From assembly GCA_050230475.1 (NCBI GenBank), contig JBFLGF010000029.1:62001-90332 (forward strand): a stretch of DNA of 28,332 nt, in the 5' to 3' direction. Origin of the DNA: Ancylonema sp. (Eukaryota). Made by a program: the position numbers and the translations under genes. Below the pieces are notes generated by a model that saw only the letters and a list, made by a program, of their open reading frames with translations, had not been told where the DNA came from and ran no database searches. This document shows, piece by piece, positions 1 through 10,509 of this stretch (position 1 is its first letter; each line of letters opens with the position of its first letter).

Positions 1-30
1 TTGAGCAAGTTTTGAAGCATGTTGTTGTGG

Positions 31-738
31 CATAGTGGGTCCTGCTCCGCTCGCGGAATTTGAGAGCCGGGCTCCGAGCTGGTGCGCGTCCGCGACCCGC
101 CTAGCGAAAACGAAACATCGAAATGCAACCAAGTGCAAATCCTCCTCTGCCAAGCAAGTAGTTATTAGTTACCGGTACATTCCGAACATGGTAACCATAT
201 TCTGATGGTTACTGACAGAGTTTGTGTCCGACGGATCCGGTATTATTTCGTCTACTGGAAGATTATGTCGCGAATCTTTTAGATCTTCTGACATTTCGGG
301 AATCGGACAAAATCTGGGTGAGGGACGGGGCAGTGAACACTGCTCCGCCGTCAGATGCGGGATTAAAAAAAAAAACGATAGATTTTGTACGACGCGACAA
401 ACTGAATTTCTGAGTGTCACACATTACGATGGAACATGAGGACAACGATGGTACGGAAATTTACGAAGAACGGGAGACGTACTAAACGTCAGAATTGTAG
501 CTTGCAAACAACAAAGAGGAATTGCAAACGGGGACGGGATAATGACGGGATACAAAGTGTAATGAAACAGTATTACGCAATCATAATAGTCCACTGCTTA
601 GCAGAGGATGGGTCTACCATTTTTTTTCCCGTAGGTCCCGCTCCGCTCGCGGATTTTGCGAGCCCGGCTCCGAGCCGGCGCGTGCGCGCTCCGGGTCTGA
701 GCCGGCGCACACATTTTCCGGCTCGGGTACCCACTATG
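31..738. mobile_element. hAT-like non-autonomous DNA transposon (MITE)
   Basis: Perfect 10-bp terminal inverted repeat CATAGTGGGT (31-40)/ACCCACTATG (729-738). 8-bp flanks TGTTGTGG (23-30)/GTTTGTGG (739-746) match 6/8. A subterminal GC-rich block (GCTCCGCTCGCGGA..TTTG.GAGCC.GGCTCCGAGC.GG) occurs near both ends (~35-90, ~631-685). No credible ORF. Confidence 0.65.
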
Positions 739-1666
739 GTTTGTGGTAACAATTTGGTATTGACTGCATAGTTACACTAACAGGCAAGATTAGACCGGAC
801 CGCGATCGGACCGGGTCTACACACGGGACCCCATCGTACCACGGATATTTTAGGGATTTATTTACCCCAGTTGTTTCCGGCGGGAAATGATATGTGGGGA
901 CATTATGGGTGTTTTGATTTTTACAAATCATTTTATGATATTTTTTATCTTCATAATGTAACTTTGTGCCTTACATGAGCATCATGTCAACATACATATT
1001 AGCATTGAAAAAAAAGAGGCATAATTAATACCATTCCAATTGACCTAAAGCATTTCCTCAAGTAATTTCCTTGGAAATAGGTGAAAATAACGCTATCTAC
1101 TAGGAAGTTTTTTCAGGTTCTCATTACTTATTTGGTATATCATTTTTTTTGAGTCATTTTTGAACGATGTTAAATATTTGCGGGAAAAAAATTATCGGAG
1201 TTTTTTCTCCACGGAAAACTCCTCAATACCCTCGAAACCACATATTACCCTGAATAACCGGCCCAGATTTTATACCTATAAGGAGAGACCTAGGTCCGGA
1301 ACCGTCCAATGAGGCGCCGATCCGGATCAGGTATAGGTTTGGATCGGGCCTAATTATAACCGAAAGTATCAAACTACCACCCCTCGAGCATGTTGGCCTT
1401 AAAGTATGGACCCTAGAACCCGAGTCCCCTCGTCCGTGCAACTATGCGGAACTTCTTACCAACGCTAGATTATAGTCGGGCGCGCACGTGTGCGAGAGTT
1501 TGGCGCACTTGTCGGAAAATGTGCGCATCGTGCACCTCCTGGAAAAATCCAGATTTGAAATTTTGGCTAAGTTAAAAGCCGCCGCTCGTAGTAGTAAGTA
1601 TTATAGGTATGTTTATCTTAAGTATTGTTCCCTAGTTAGGCGCGCACATGTGCGCGGGGCTGAGTG

Positions 1667-1945
1667 TGTGAGAATTGGCTAGAAACTTTGTTGTATTGAG
1701 AATATTCGTTATATCGATTTTGTGGCAACATGCCTACTTGCTATATATTTTAGTAAGTATTCGATAGAACAATACATCCGACAAGGCATGATTACCGAGG
1801 CCAAGTTGCGGCCGCCATAATATTCAATCGGACTCTTTGCAATCAAGACTCGACTCTCTTGTATGGCATGTCGTGAATAAGTTTGATTCTGAAGATTGAA
1901 GCTATTGGTGTAAAGAAGGCATCATGGATGATGGTAGCACTCACA
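1667..1945 (+). repeat. 5' LTR of copia-1
   Basis: TGTGAGAATTGG...CTCACA, direct repeat of 5696-5985, followed by the PBS. Confidence 0.95.
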
Positions 1946-1946
1946 G

Positions 1947-1958
1947 TGGTATCAGAGC
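1947..1958 (+). promoter_or_regulatory. Primer-binding site (tRNA-iMet 3' end) of copia-1
   Basis: TGGTATCAGAGC one base after the LTR end. Confidence 0.95.
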
Positions 1959-3721
1959 AAGATATACGATCTTGGATGGCGACCGCGGGCCATTTCAGGC
2001 ATGGCGGTCGAAAACATGCGCAACTTTAGATAATGAGGATTGTTTAGAAGTGTGTGAGGGGACTGAGTTGGAGCCCGAGGAGGTATTGCCTAAACGAGGC
2101 AAATTATGATGAGATGGAAGACTACACGGAGGATCTGAAATTGTACCGGAAATAATGCAAGCACGCGGTCATGCTCATCATGTCGCTTGTGAGCAACAAC
2201 ATCGCCCGTGGTCTGGAAAAATACCGGAAGGATCGGGACCCAAAGGGGATGTGGGACAAGCTGATTCGGGATTATGATCAAGTCTCGCCCGAGCTTAGGC
2301 AACTCGCCAAGCAAAAGCTAAACTCGTTCAGAATCGACGAATCTAAGAGTGTACGGGACACTAGTAGGGATGAGTTCACGGCTATCATAGAGGCCCTGGA
2401 ATACCTGCCGGTTGGTCAGGTCATCAGCGAGGAGGACAAGGTCATGGCGCTCTTTGCGGGGATGCCGCGCAGGGAGTACGGATCCTGAAGGCGACATACT
2501 TCTCGCAGGGGTTGAGCCACCTGGCTTGAGCTGGATCTTGGGGTCAGCACAGTCGCAACGAGCTCGAAGATGATCAGGAGAAAATAGCAGCCAAGGCTGA
2601 AGCGCTAGTCGCGGAGGCCAACTATGCGAAGTGGAACCGAGCTGCTGGGAACGGTAATTATGGGGGAGGCCGTGTCGGTGAAGGTGGACGCGGGGAAGGA
2701 AGCGGATCTGGTCGAGGGGCAGGCAACGGTTGCGGGGGCACCGTCACGTGTTACTCGTGCGGGATCTCCGGTCACATCAGCAGAGACAAGGGACAGATCT
2801 GCCCTGACAAGGGACAGATCTGCAATCACTGCGAGGCCATTGACCACAATGCCCGGTGCTGCTACGACAACAAAAATGGTGTGCCGCCCGGCCGACGGGC
2901 TGCCGGAAAACAGAAAAGCGCCCTAGTCGGAGAATTCGAGGACGTGGACCTCGGACATGGCGAAATCTGTGTTGGCGAAGTCTGCGTCGGGAATCTGGAC
3001 GGCAATTCAGAATTTCTGATTGACGGGGGGGCCAGTTACTACACAGACGGTCAACCACTTCTCGACCCTCGAGGACATTCCGCACGAGCTCGTGCTCAGG
3101 CAACTTCAGGGTACGGTCGAGCTGAAACAATTGGGGACTGTCCACCTGAAGACGCATGGAGAATGTGGGGGCATCACCCTGCACAACTGCCTGTACAGTC
3201 CTGGGATGCGCCTGAATCTCATCAGCGGGCAACGGATGCGGCAGGCCAAGTGGAGCTACACCTGTGTTGGAAACCAGGCCAGATATTCGCTTTGCTGCGT
3301 TCGGGAAAGCCTGGGAGGCCGCCACACCCTTATCTGCAGGGAAGGGGAAGTTGCGCTTGCCGATGTCCTCAGATTCGCAAAATCCCCTGCGAAGGGGAAG
3401 TTGCGCTTGCCAATGTTGACGTCGACCGCCTGCACGTGCGACTGGGGCACGCGAATGAGCTCGTGCTCAGGGCCATGGCGAATGCAAATCTGGTGAGGGG
3501 TATGGAGGGCGGAATTTCTGGAGATCTCGTCAACTACGAGGGTTGTAAAATTGGGAAAGCGTACGAGAGGCCGCACCCTCGCAAATCCGGTGATTATGGC
3601 GAGAAGGCCGGCAATACCCTCAAGAATCTGCGGTCTGACGACGGAGGGGAGTTTATGGACGGGAGCTTTCAACTCTGGCTCCGACATCGGGGAACCGGGT
3701 CACGACCCTACTCCCCCACAC

Positions 3722-4166
3722 TGTTAGGGGCGGATGCAAAAGGCGCCCCTAGCAAGCAAGTTGCGAAATGCACACAAGCAAGGAGATGGCGAAATGCCGG
3801 AGAGGGCAAGATGGCATGAGCCGGATGGAATATTTATGTTGATATAATGACAACTCGGACTGAGTGCAAGTACATGAGTTGATAGGAATGCTCTAAAGGC
3901 ATTCCTATGGACTATCTATAGGAAACCGGCTCAAGTCTGAATCAAGACTACAAGTGGGATAACTAGAACTCGATATAAGAGTAAACTGGAAAGCTAAGGG
4001 CAAACACTCGTTATAGGGACAAAGTTGCTAGAAACAGATATCTCACTATAAAGGGGCAGAACTCGATATAAGGACAAAGTCGCTACTAGCACTCTAGGGC
4101 TAGTAGCATGGTGTAGGAGGCACACTCTAGAGACACAGTAGTGGCTAGAGAGGGGCAGTCCTAACA
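3722..4166 (-). mobile_element. Solo LTR inserted in the copia-1 integrase
   Basis: Termini TGTTAGG...CCTAACA, 5-bp TSD CACAC (3717-3721)/CGCAC (4167-4171). Removing it rejoins integrase PTPPHTPQANGV. Orientation inferred from its homologue at 14253. Confidence 0.9.
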
Positions 4167-5685
4167 CGCACACTCCTCAGGCCAACGGTGTCACCAAGCG
4201 CATGAACAGAACGCTCCAAGACCGCGCTCGGTCTATGCTAGCAGGCATGAAACTCCCTTCTGGCCTCTGAGGCGCCACCTACTTCGCCTCCTACCTCCGC
4301 AATCAATGCCAGGTCGCGGGTCTCCCGAACAATCGAAGGAGAGTTTGTGGCCTGTTTCGCCGCGATCAGCAAGGGAAGCTGGCCATGGCGGCCAGAATGC
4401 TGCGGGAGCTGGAGCTGGAGGCCCTGGCGAGGCACGTGGAGATGGGGGTGGTGAAGCTAAAGGTGGGGGTGCTGGAGGTGGACGTGCTGGAGGTGGAGGT
4501 TGGAGTTTTGGCGGGGCTGGAGGTTGGCACGCAGGGGCAGACGCAACTGGGGTAGGAGGAGTTGAAGCTGCAGCCAGAGGCCCTCGTGCAGCGGGGGCAA
4601 CAGGGGATGGGGGTGGGGGCGGGGAAGCTGTGGGGACTCTCTTGCCTCAGCGTGAGGACCTTCCTCTCCGTCAGGACCACAATCTACCTGACTTGGTCAG
4701 CAACTCGAGTGGGGATAGTTGCATGGACGAGCAGCTGGAGGACAGCCCCGAATGGTATCCTAGCGATGAAGACGCTGAGAATCCTATCGAAAGTGGTCCC
4801 CCAGGAGGTGGCGGGGCTGGGGCTGCTGCTGGGGCTGGTTTAAGGGCAACCGCTGGAGCTGGGGTTGGGGCTGCGGGTGGGACAACAAAGAGCACTCTCG
4901 CTCCTCCCCCACCTACCCGCCGATCATGCAGGGTGAACTCTGGCATTCCCCCTATCAGATTCATGGCAGGGTACGAAGCACACGTGGCGCAGGAGGTCAA
5001 CACGCCAGAATGTGTGGAAGCCGCTTTCAGATCTTCTGAAAGTGACAGGTGGTAGGCTGCCATGACTTCTACCAGCCTGGAGGAGTTCAAGGTCTTTCGG
5101 GTAGTGACTCGCCCTCCTGGGGTGAAGGTAGTCAAATTCAAGTGGGTCTTGAGGGTGAAAATGAATGCTAGTGGGAAGGTGGAGAAATTCAAGGCGAGGG
5201 TGGTCTCAATGGAATTCAGTTGCTGCTGCTGCTACTGCTGTACCAATGTGGGGGGGAGCTGTCTGTCTGGTGCTACTCGGACAGGGGTCATGGAAATGAT
5301 GAGGCCACACACATGGGAAGGGGGGGGGAGGGGAAGAGAACCCAGTATTTCATCGTAGATCCAAGCATATTGAGTTGAAGTGGCACTCTATTCGGGAGAG
5401 GGTAGACAAAAGATTGATCAAGTTGTAGTTTTTGTTAAGTGTGAGTTTCAGCCTTGATATGCTCACTAGGGCAGTCCGCGTTAACATCCTTCAGGCAAAC
5501 TGTGACATGATTGGTCTTGGTGCTGCTCCTTAGGAGTTATGCTTAGAAGGAGTGGGGGGACCCTCCTGTTTAGGAGGGGGCAAGTTTTGATTGGGAGGGG
5601 GTAGTTCTTTGGGAGGGGGGGAACTTTGATGTGAAAAATCGATATCGATGACCATGATTTTTGGAGGGGGTGTGCCAAAGTTTCT

Positions 5686-5695
5686 AGGGAGGGGG
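5686..5695 (+). promoter_or_regulatory. Polypurine tract of copia-1
   Basis: AGGGAGGGGG directly before the 3' LTR TG. Confidence 0.9.
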
Positions 5696-5985
5696 TGTGA
5701 GAATTGGCTAGAAATTTTGTTGTATTGAGAATATCGTTATATCGATTTTGTGGCAACATGCCTTCTTGCTATATATTTTAGTAATTCGTTAGAACGATAC
5801 ATCCGACGACAAGGCATGTTTACTTACCAAGTTGCGGCGCCGCCATAATATTCAATCGGACTCTTTGCAATCAAGACTCGACTCTCTTGTTTGTATGGCA
5901 TGTGGTGAATAAGTAAGTTTGATTCTGAAGATTGAAGCTATTGGTGTAAATAAAGAAGGCATCATGGATGATGGTAACTTTTACA
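5696..5985 (+). repeat. 3' LTR of copia-1
   Basis: Repeat of 1667-1945, ends TTTTACA, followed by TSD GAGTG. Confidence 0.95.
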
Positions 5986-7261
5986 GAGTGCACATGTTCC
6001 GAACATGTGTGCGATTTTTGATTTGCGCGCCCAACTATGCAAGACATGGTCTTGCAAACGGGAATTTTGCGATATCCATTCCGCACCCCCAAAAAATACT
6101 CAAAAAGAAAATCACGCCCCAGTTCACCCTTTCCTTACCATTCCGCGATTACATCTAGATCTAGAGCGGGTACGACCTATAGATCGGAACCGGGTCGATT
6201 TGTGTTGGGTTGGATCGCGGCCATTTTCCGTACCGACCAAAGAAAGAGAATCAAATAACCAATAAATTGTGCGTTTTTTTTTAAAAATTTTTGGGGGGCG
6301 CAAAATTTGAAACGATTCCGAGAATTACGACTTGTTTGCGTTGATTTCCTTTGGCTACTTTTTGTACGTGTTCGGAAATTGTGTGAGCGAGCCAACCACG
6401 CTACAAGCAATATCTACTTGTTTTATATTTATGTTTACCGTAGCGGCCACACATAATGATCTGGGTTTTTGAAACGAGCTAAATTAGCTAATGAACCACC
6501 ATTTGACCCAACCTGCGCACCCAATAGGAATTTTCCCAAACGCCTAAAAAATATTTTTTATCTGGTGACCCACATTTTAGGATGACCCACTTTTTACAAA
6601 AAATAATTTGTTTAATGTTTAATTTGACCCGACCCACCCTTTTCATGATTATTTTAGGGTCATTTAGTGTGGCCAGTACGACACATTTATTTTATTTTTT
6701 ATCTAATGTTTATTTTATACTTAAAATAAAGATAAAACAATTGGCGACATTTTTCATTACCTCAAGAATTAACACCAATTTCATTGTGTGCAAAATTTGT
6801 GCAAATTGTGTACATGGTATCTTGAACTTTGGTGGCGCAACGCATGCATACAAAACCTATGTCCACTCTAGGACACGACATCTCGAACTTCTAGTGTTGC
6901 ACTAGCATTGTTTTTCGAAACATTGTTCTTTCAATCTTTCTCTAATCTTGGAATGCCATTGGTGATTTTTTTTCTACAACAATCCCCTTGTCCAATACGA
7001 TGATTCCATTATTTTTTTGTGGTGTCCGTGTACTTGTGTTTGTATGCATGAAATCGAACCAATGATGATAAACCTGTGGATCACTCTTGTGCACAATGAA
7101 AGACTCTCATGGGCCATATTCAGATAGCCTCACAACCACACACATATACATAAATTGATGCGAAAAAACTACCGCATCCATAAATTCCATTCATTGTTAA
7201 AACCACCGCAACTATAGAGGTTGCATTTATGTATCCTCACATACATCCTCACCCCAAACTC

Positions 7262-10200
7262 TTAGACCCCTTGTAGAACTTGCGCTATGTCGGTTCTCCG
7301 ACCCACCTCCACTTGTCCTTGAGAATCTCTCACCGCTTGACAAAACAATGCCACTGATTCCTCGGGTGTCCCCTGCAGTTCTCACAGTACAAGTGAAACT
7401 CGTGAACAACCAAACACCATTTATCATCTGTCGATTTAGTTCATTCTCCTCGGCTTCAACCCCTCACACTTCACACGTGCTCATAGACCTCTTTAGGTCC
7501 GTGGTGTGGAAGATGAGCATCCGCCACATACGGCACAAGAATATGTTCCCTCTTTACCCACCCGATGCCTTGACAGCCAAAGCACCTTAACCCACAATTG
7601 ACATCCAGATTTTTCTCCCTCCACACCCAAACACACGGTTTTTTCAACTTTGAACCCAAGGGCGGACTATAAAAAGCTCAGCAAACTTGCTCATTTATTG
7701 AGAGGGGTAGTTTATAACTTCTCATTGGATCGAGTGAAGAGTATCCCCTGCTTGAGACAACAGTAAGAGGTACCCACCCGTCCCTGCCTTATTGCCTCAT
7801 TGCCTTATTGCCTTATTGCCTTAGTGCGGGTGTTGCACCATGGTGATATACCAAGTGCCTCTTGGTAGAGGGGTGCGCCCAACCCCATAGTTTTCGAACC
7901 CCATTCCCTTCATCCATTTGTTCTTTCACTCCCCCTTGGCAAATGTTTGAGTCTGTGCATCGAACCGCTTTGTCTCCTCCATGAGTGTGCTTCTCAAAGG
8001 AGGCAGTATCCACCTCGTCTATCCGTATCCGTATCCGTATAGCTACTGTCCCTCCAATGAAACGAGTACGGATACCTGCACCACCCCGTGCCCCACGTTG
8101 ACGATGTGGTGCTGCCCTCCCCCTGCCTCCAAGCACTCCCTCACAGCACCCGTGATGGAGGAGGGAGAACCGAACAGAACCATCGGGTCCACATTGCCCT
8201 GAATACAAAAGAAACGAAACCCCAAAACTTTGAATCTCGAATACCCAAAACCTGCACTTCCGGTCACGTTTGGGTCTGAACTCATTCTCTCATCCCCCCT
8301 GTCGTCCACACCGTGGCTTCGTCTCCGTTTTTACACAAGGCGGATATCAGAATATCAGAATATCAGAATAGGGCACAAGGAGTACCACGGACTGCCACAG
8401 TGTGCCATCTAGTTCTGTCCAACTTCCAGCGACCCCTCCCCCACCTGTAGCACCCTCTTGGCCCCAAACACCTTCCTCGCCTCCCCCATGTCCGTGTTCC
8501 AATCCAGGCCTGCCACGTCAGCAACCCACCCTTCGGCCATCTGCGTCAGTTTCCCCGCCCCCCCGTTGGCGTGAAGGATGAGGGGGACCCCCGGGCGAAT
8601 GTTTTTCACCCTCTCTACCACGCGGTTGGAGTAGGGGAGGGAGAAGGTGAGGAATTGCGAGGGGGATAAGTGGTGGGCCCACGAGTCGAACAGCTGGACC
8701 ACCTGGGCACCACAGTCGATCTGGTGGCAAATGTAGACCACCAACGAATCTTCCAGGAAAGAGAGGAAGGCGTGGAGAACCTCGGGATCTGGAATAAAAA
8801 AAGAAAGATAAAGAGGGGTCATCTACGAAGACAACTTCCAAGTCGATGCAATCACGCAGAATTCCTCTTCTTCCTTTGTTCCCTCACTGTGGAACATGAC
8901 CCCTTTGGTGTGTATCAAGCTCTTGTCCGCCTGCCCCTCCATGGCGTAGGCTGCCAGCGTCCACGGGGTGCCCACGAAGCCGAGGAGGGTGGAGGAGGAA
9001 CCAATTTCCGTGCGGAGGGAGGAAAGGATCTTGCGGATGAAGGGGAGGCGCTCATCGGGATCATCCAGAGGTCTGAAGAGTGGGTGGGTGGGAGGGAAAG
9101 GTAAGGCGCGGAGGCTTCAGATTTTGGGAGTCGAGTTTATGGTTGAGGTGTGAGCAGGGTGCATACATGAGGAACAACACAGGGTATGCTGTGGTCTGTG
9201 GTCTGTGGTCTGTGGTACCCTTCTGCCCACCCGTACCTCAGTCCACGCACGTCTTCCATTGACCTCACTGGACAGGCGATGACCGGCCCCTTGCCCTTCA
9301 CTATATCAAACTCCACGCCCAGCGCAGGCAGACTGGTGAGAATGTCTGAAAACATAATCACTCCGTCAGTGGAAAACGCTTTCCAGGGCTGGAGGGAGAG
9401 CTCAATGGCGATTTCAGCTGTTTCGGATCGCAGTCGGAAAGGGTACTTGTCTGAGAATCTGCGACAAAAAGGAGTTACGGGGGTTGGGACACTTGCTAGG
9501 GACAAAATCTTTGGGGGAGTGCAGAAACATTTTTTTCCATAGTTCATGTATTATAGTTTTATATTTATCTACTTTTTTTCTTGGAGTCCTGAAGTAGCTA
9601 ACATAATCTACTCAGCAAAAACTCGTGGGAAACCAGGTGGCAGTTTTGAGGGTTTTAGGGTTTTTAGGGTTTTCAGAGTTTCCAGTTAGAATCTCGAGGA
9701 GGTGGGACGTTGTTGATTCTCTGACTGTGCTTTATAACAAAAAAAATAAGTCTTACGGCCGAGGAGATTGCGCAGGAGAAGAGGTGGTATATTGTCAAAC
9801 GAAGGTTAAAACCTCCCCCGGATAAACCTTAGACGGGGCTCATGACGTGGCTTACTTTCTGAACGCTGCCATGTACCGTCCAGCTTGTCTCATGAGCCAC
9901 ACAGGGGCACGTTCCGCCTCTGAGGATGGGGGGAATGGGGGCCGGGGCGGGGACGAGCGCGGGAGCGGGAGCGGGGGGGAGGGGGTGGGGGGGGGGATGC
10001 AGGGTCAAAGGCAGGGGCGGGGGCGGGCGGCGGGGGGATGAGCTATGGAGGATTGGCGTTTTCAGGATTGAAACAGAAAATTGCATCACAAATGACATGA
10101 CAGGACATTTTCGATTTTCAAATACAGTATCATGGTGTAAGGTGAAATGCGGCAGGAGTCAGAGCTGGATTGTTCGAACAACCCCCCACAGAGTCACCTT

Positions 10201-10509
10201 CGACAAAGTTTATAAGAAGCTACCGCGCCTGAAATGAGCTTTAGACCACAAAACATATTTACCTTCTCCCCTAGCTACTCGCAGTAGGAGGGGATCCAAG
10301 GAGTTGCAGTCATGTGAGCTGCTGGCACTGCAGTACCAACCACGGACGGAAGGGGGTATCCGTTTCGAGACATGCTGTCGCCTGTGAACGGCTACTTTTT
10401 TACGGGATTGTAGTGATGTTCTGACGCGGGAATCAAGTACGGAATGCGAAGGGTGAGTAAGAGGTAAAGAAGGGGCGAGACTGTTTTGAAGGACAAACAA
10501 TGCGGTCAT
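7262..10509 (-). CDS. hemE: Uroporphyrinogen decarboxylase, probably plastid-targeted; 7 exons: 10509-10263, 9919-9856, 9458-9237, 9072-8888, 8788-8445, 8198-8076, 7372-7262 (431 aa)
   Basis: All introns GT-AG with compatible phases; spliced length 1296 nt ending TAA. Signature motifs DPLLLRVARGE, PVWLMRQAGRYM, SLQPW..DGVIMFSDIL, GFVGTPWTLAAY, QLFDSWA, LQGNVDP, HIVNVGHGVVQGTPEE. Ser/Arg-rich N-terminal extension of ~70 aa resembles a transit peptide. Start codon inferred. Confidence 0.96.
7785..7822. repeat. Short tandem repeat (TGCCTTAT)n in the last hemE intron
   Basis: About 5 copies, one imperfect. Other hemE introns carry (TATCCG)n ~8019-8040, (ATATCAGA)x3 ~8344-8369 and (TGTGGTC)n ~9190-9216. 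Confidence 0.8.

Larger units (their letters stand above)
1924..5490 (+). pseudogene. copia-1 gag-pol, frameshifted, interrupted by a solo LTR, most of RT deleted
   Basis: Gag (LDGDRGPFQAWRSK, GMWDKL), zinc knuckles (CYSCGISGH.., CNHCEAIDHNARC) ~2750-2865, protease FLIDGGA ~3015, pre-integrase LHVRLGH..GCKIGK, integrase LRSDDGGEF and TPQANGV.KRMNRTL, RT N-terminus KWVLRVK..KFKARVV (~5130-5215), RNase H C-terminus NPVFHRRSKHIELKWHSIRE..DMLTRA (~5340-5475). End approximate. Confidence 0.9.
1667..5985 (+). mobile_element. Ty1/copia LTR retrotransposon (copia-1), internally deleted and decayed
   Basis: Paired TG...CA LTRs, perfect 5-bp TSD GAGTG (1662-1666/5986-5990), iMet PBS, PPT, and domain order gag-PR-IN-RT-RNaseH. 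Confidence 0.95.

Noticed and set aside
781..1362. Possible second MITE (ends CAGGCAAGATTAGACCGG / GGGCCTAATTATAACCG)
   Set aside because: Inverted match is weak and there is no TSD; may be an old element but cannot be supported.
4306..5055. 249-aa Gly-rich ORF as an independent gene
   Set aside because: It is the low-complexity integrase-RT linker of copia-1 and runs into RT-proximal sequence.
6160..6900. AT-rich region with GACCC/GGGTC motifs as a DNA transposon
   Set aside because: No clear TIR or TSD; the ORFs here have no recognisable motifs.
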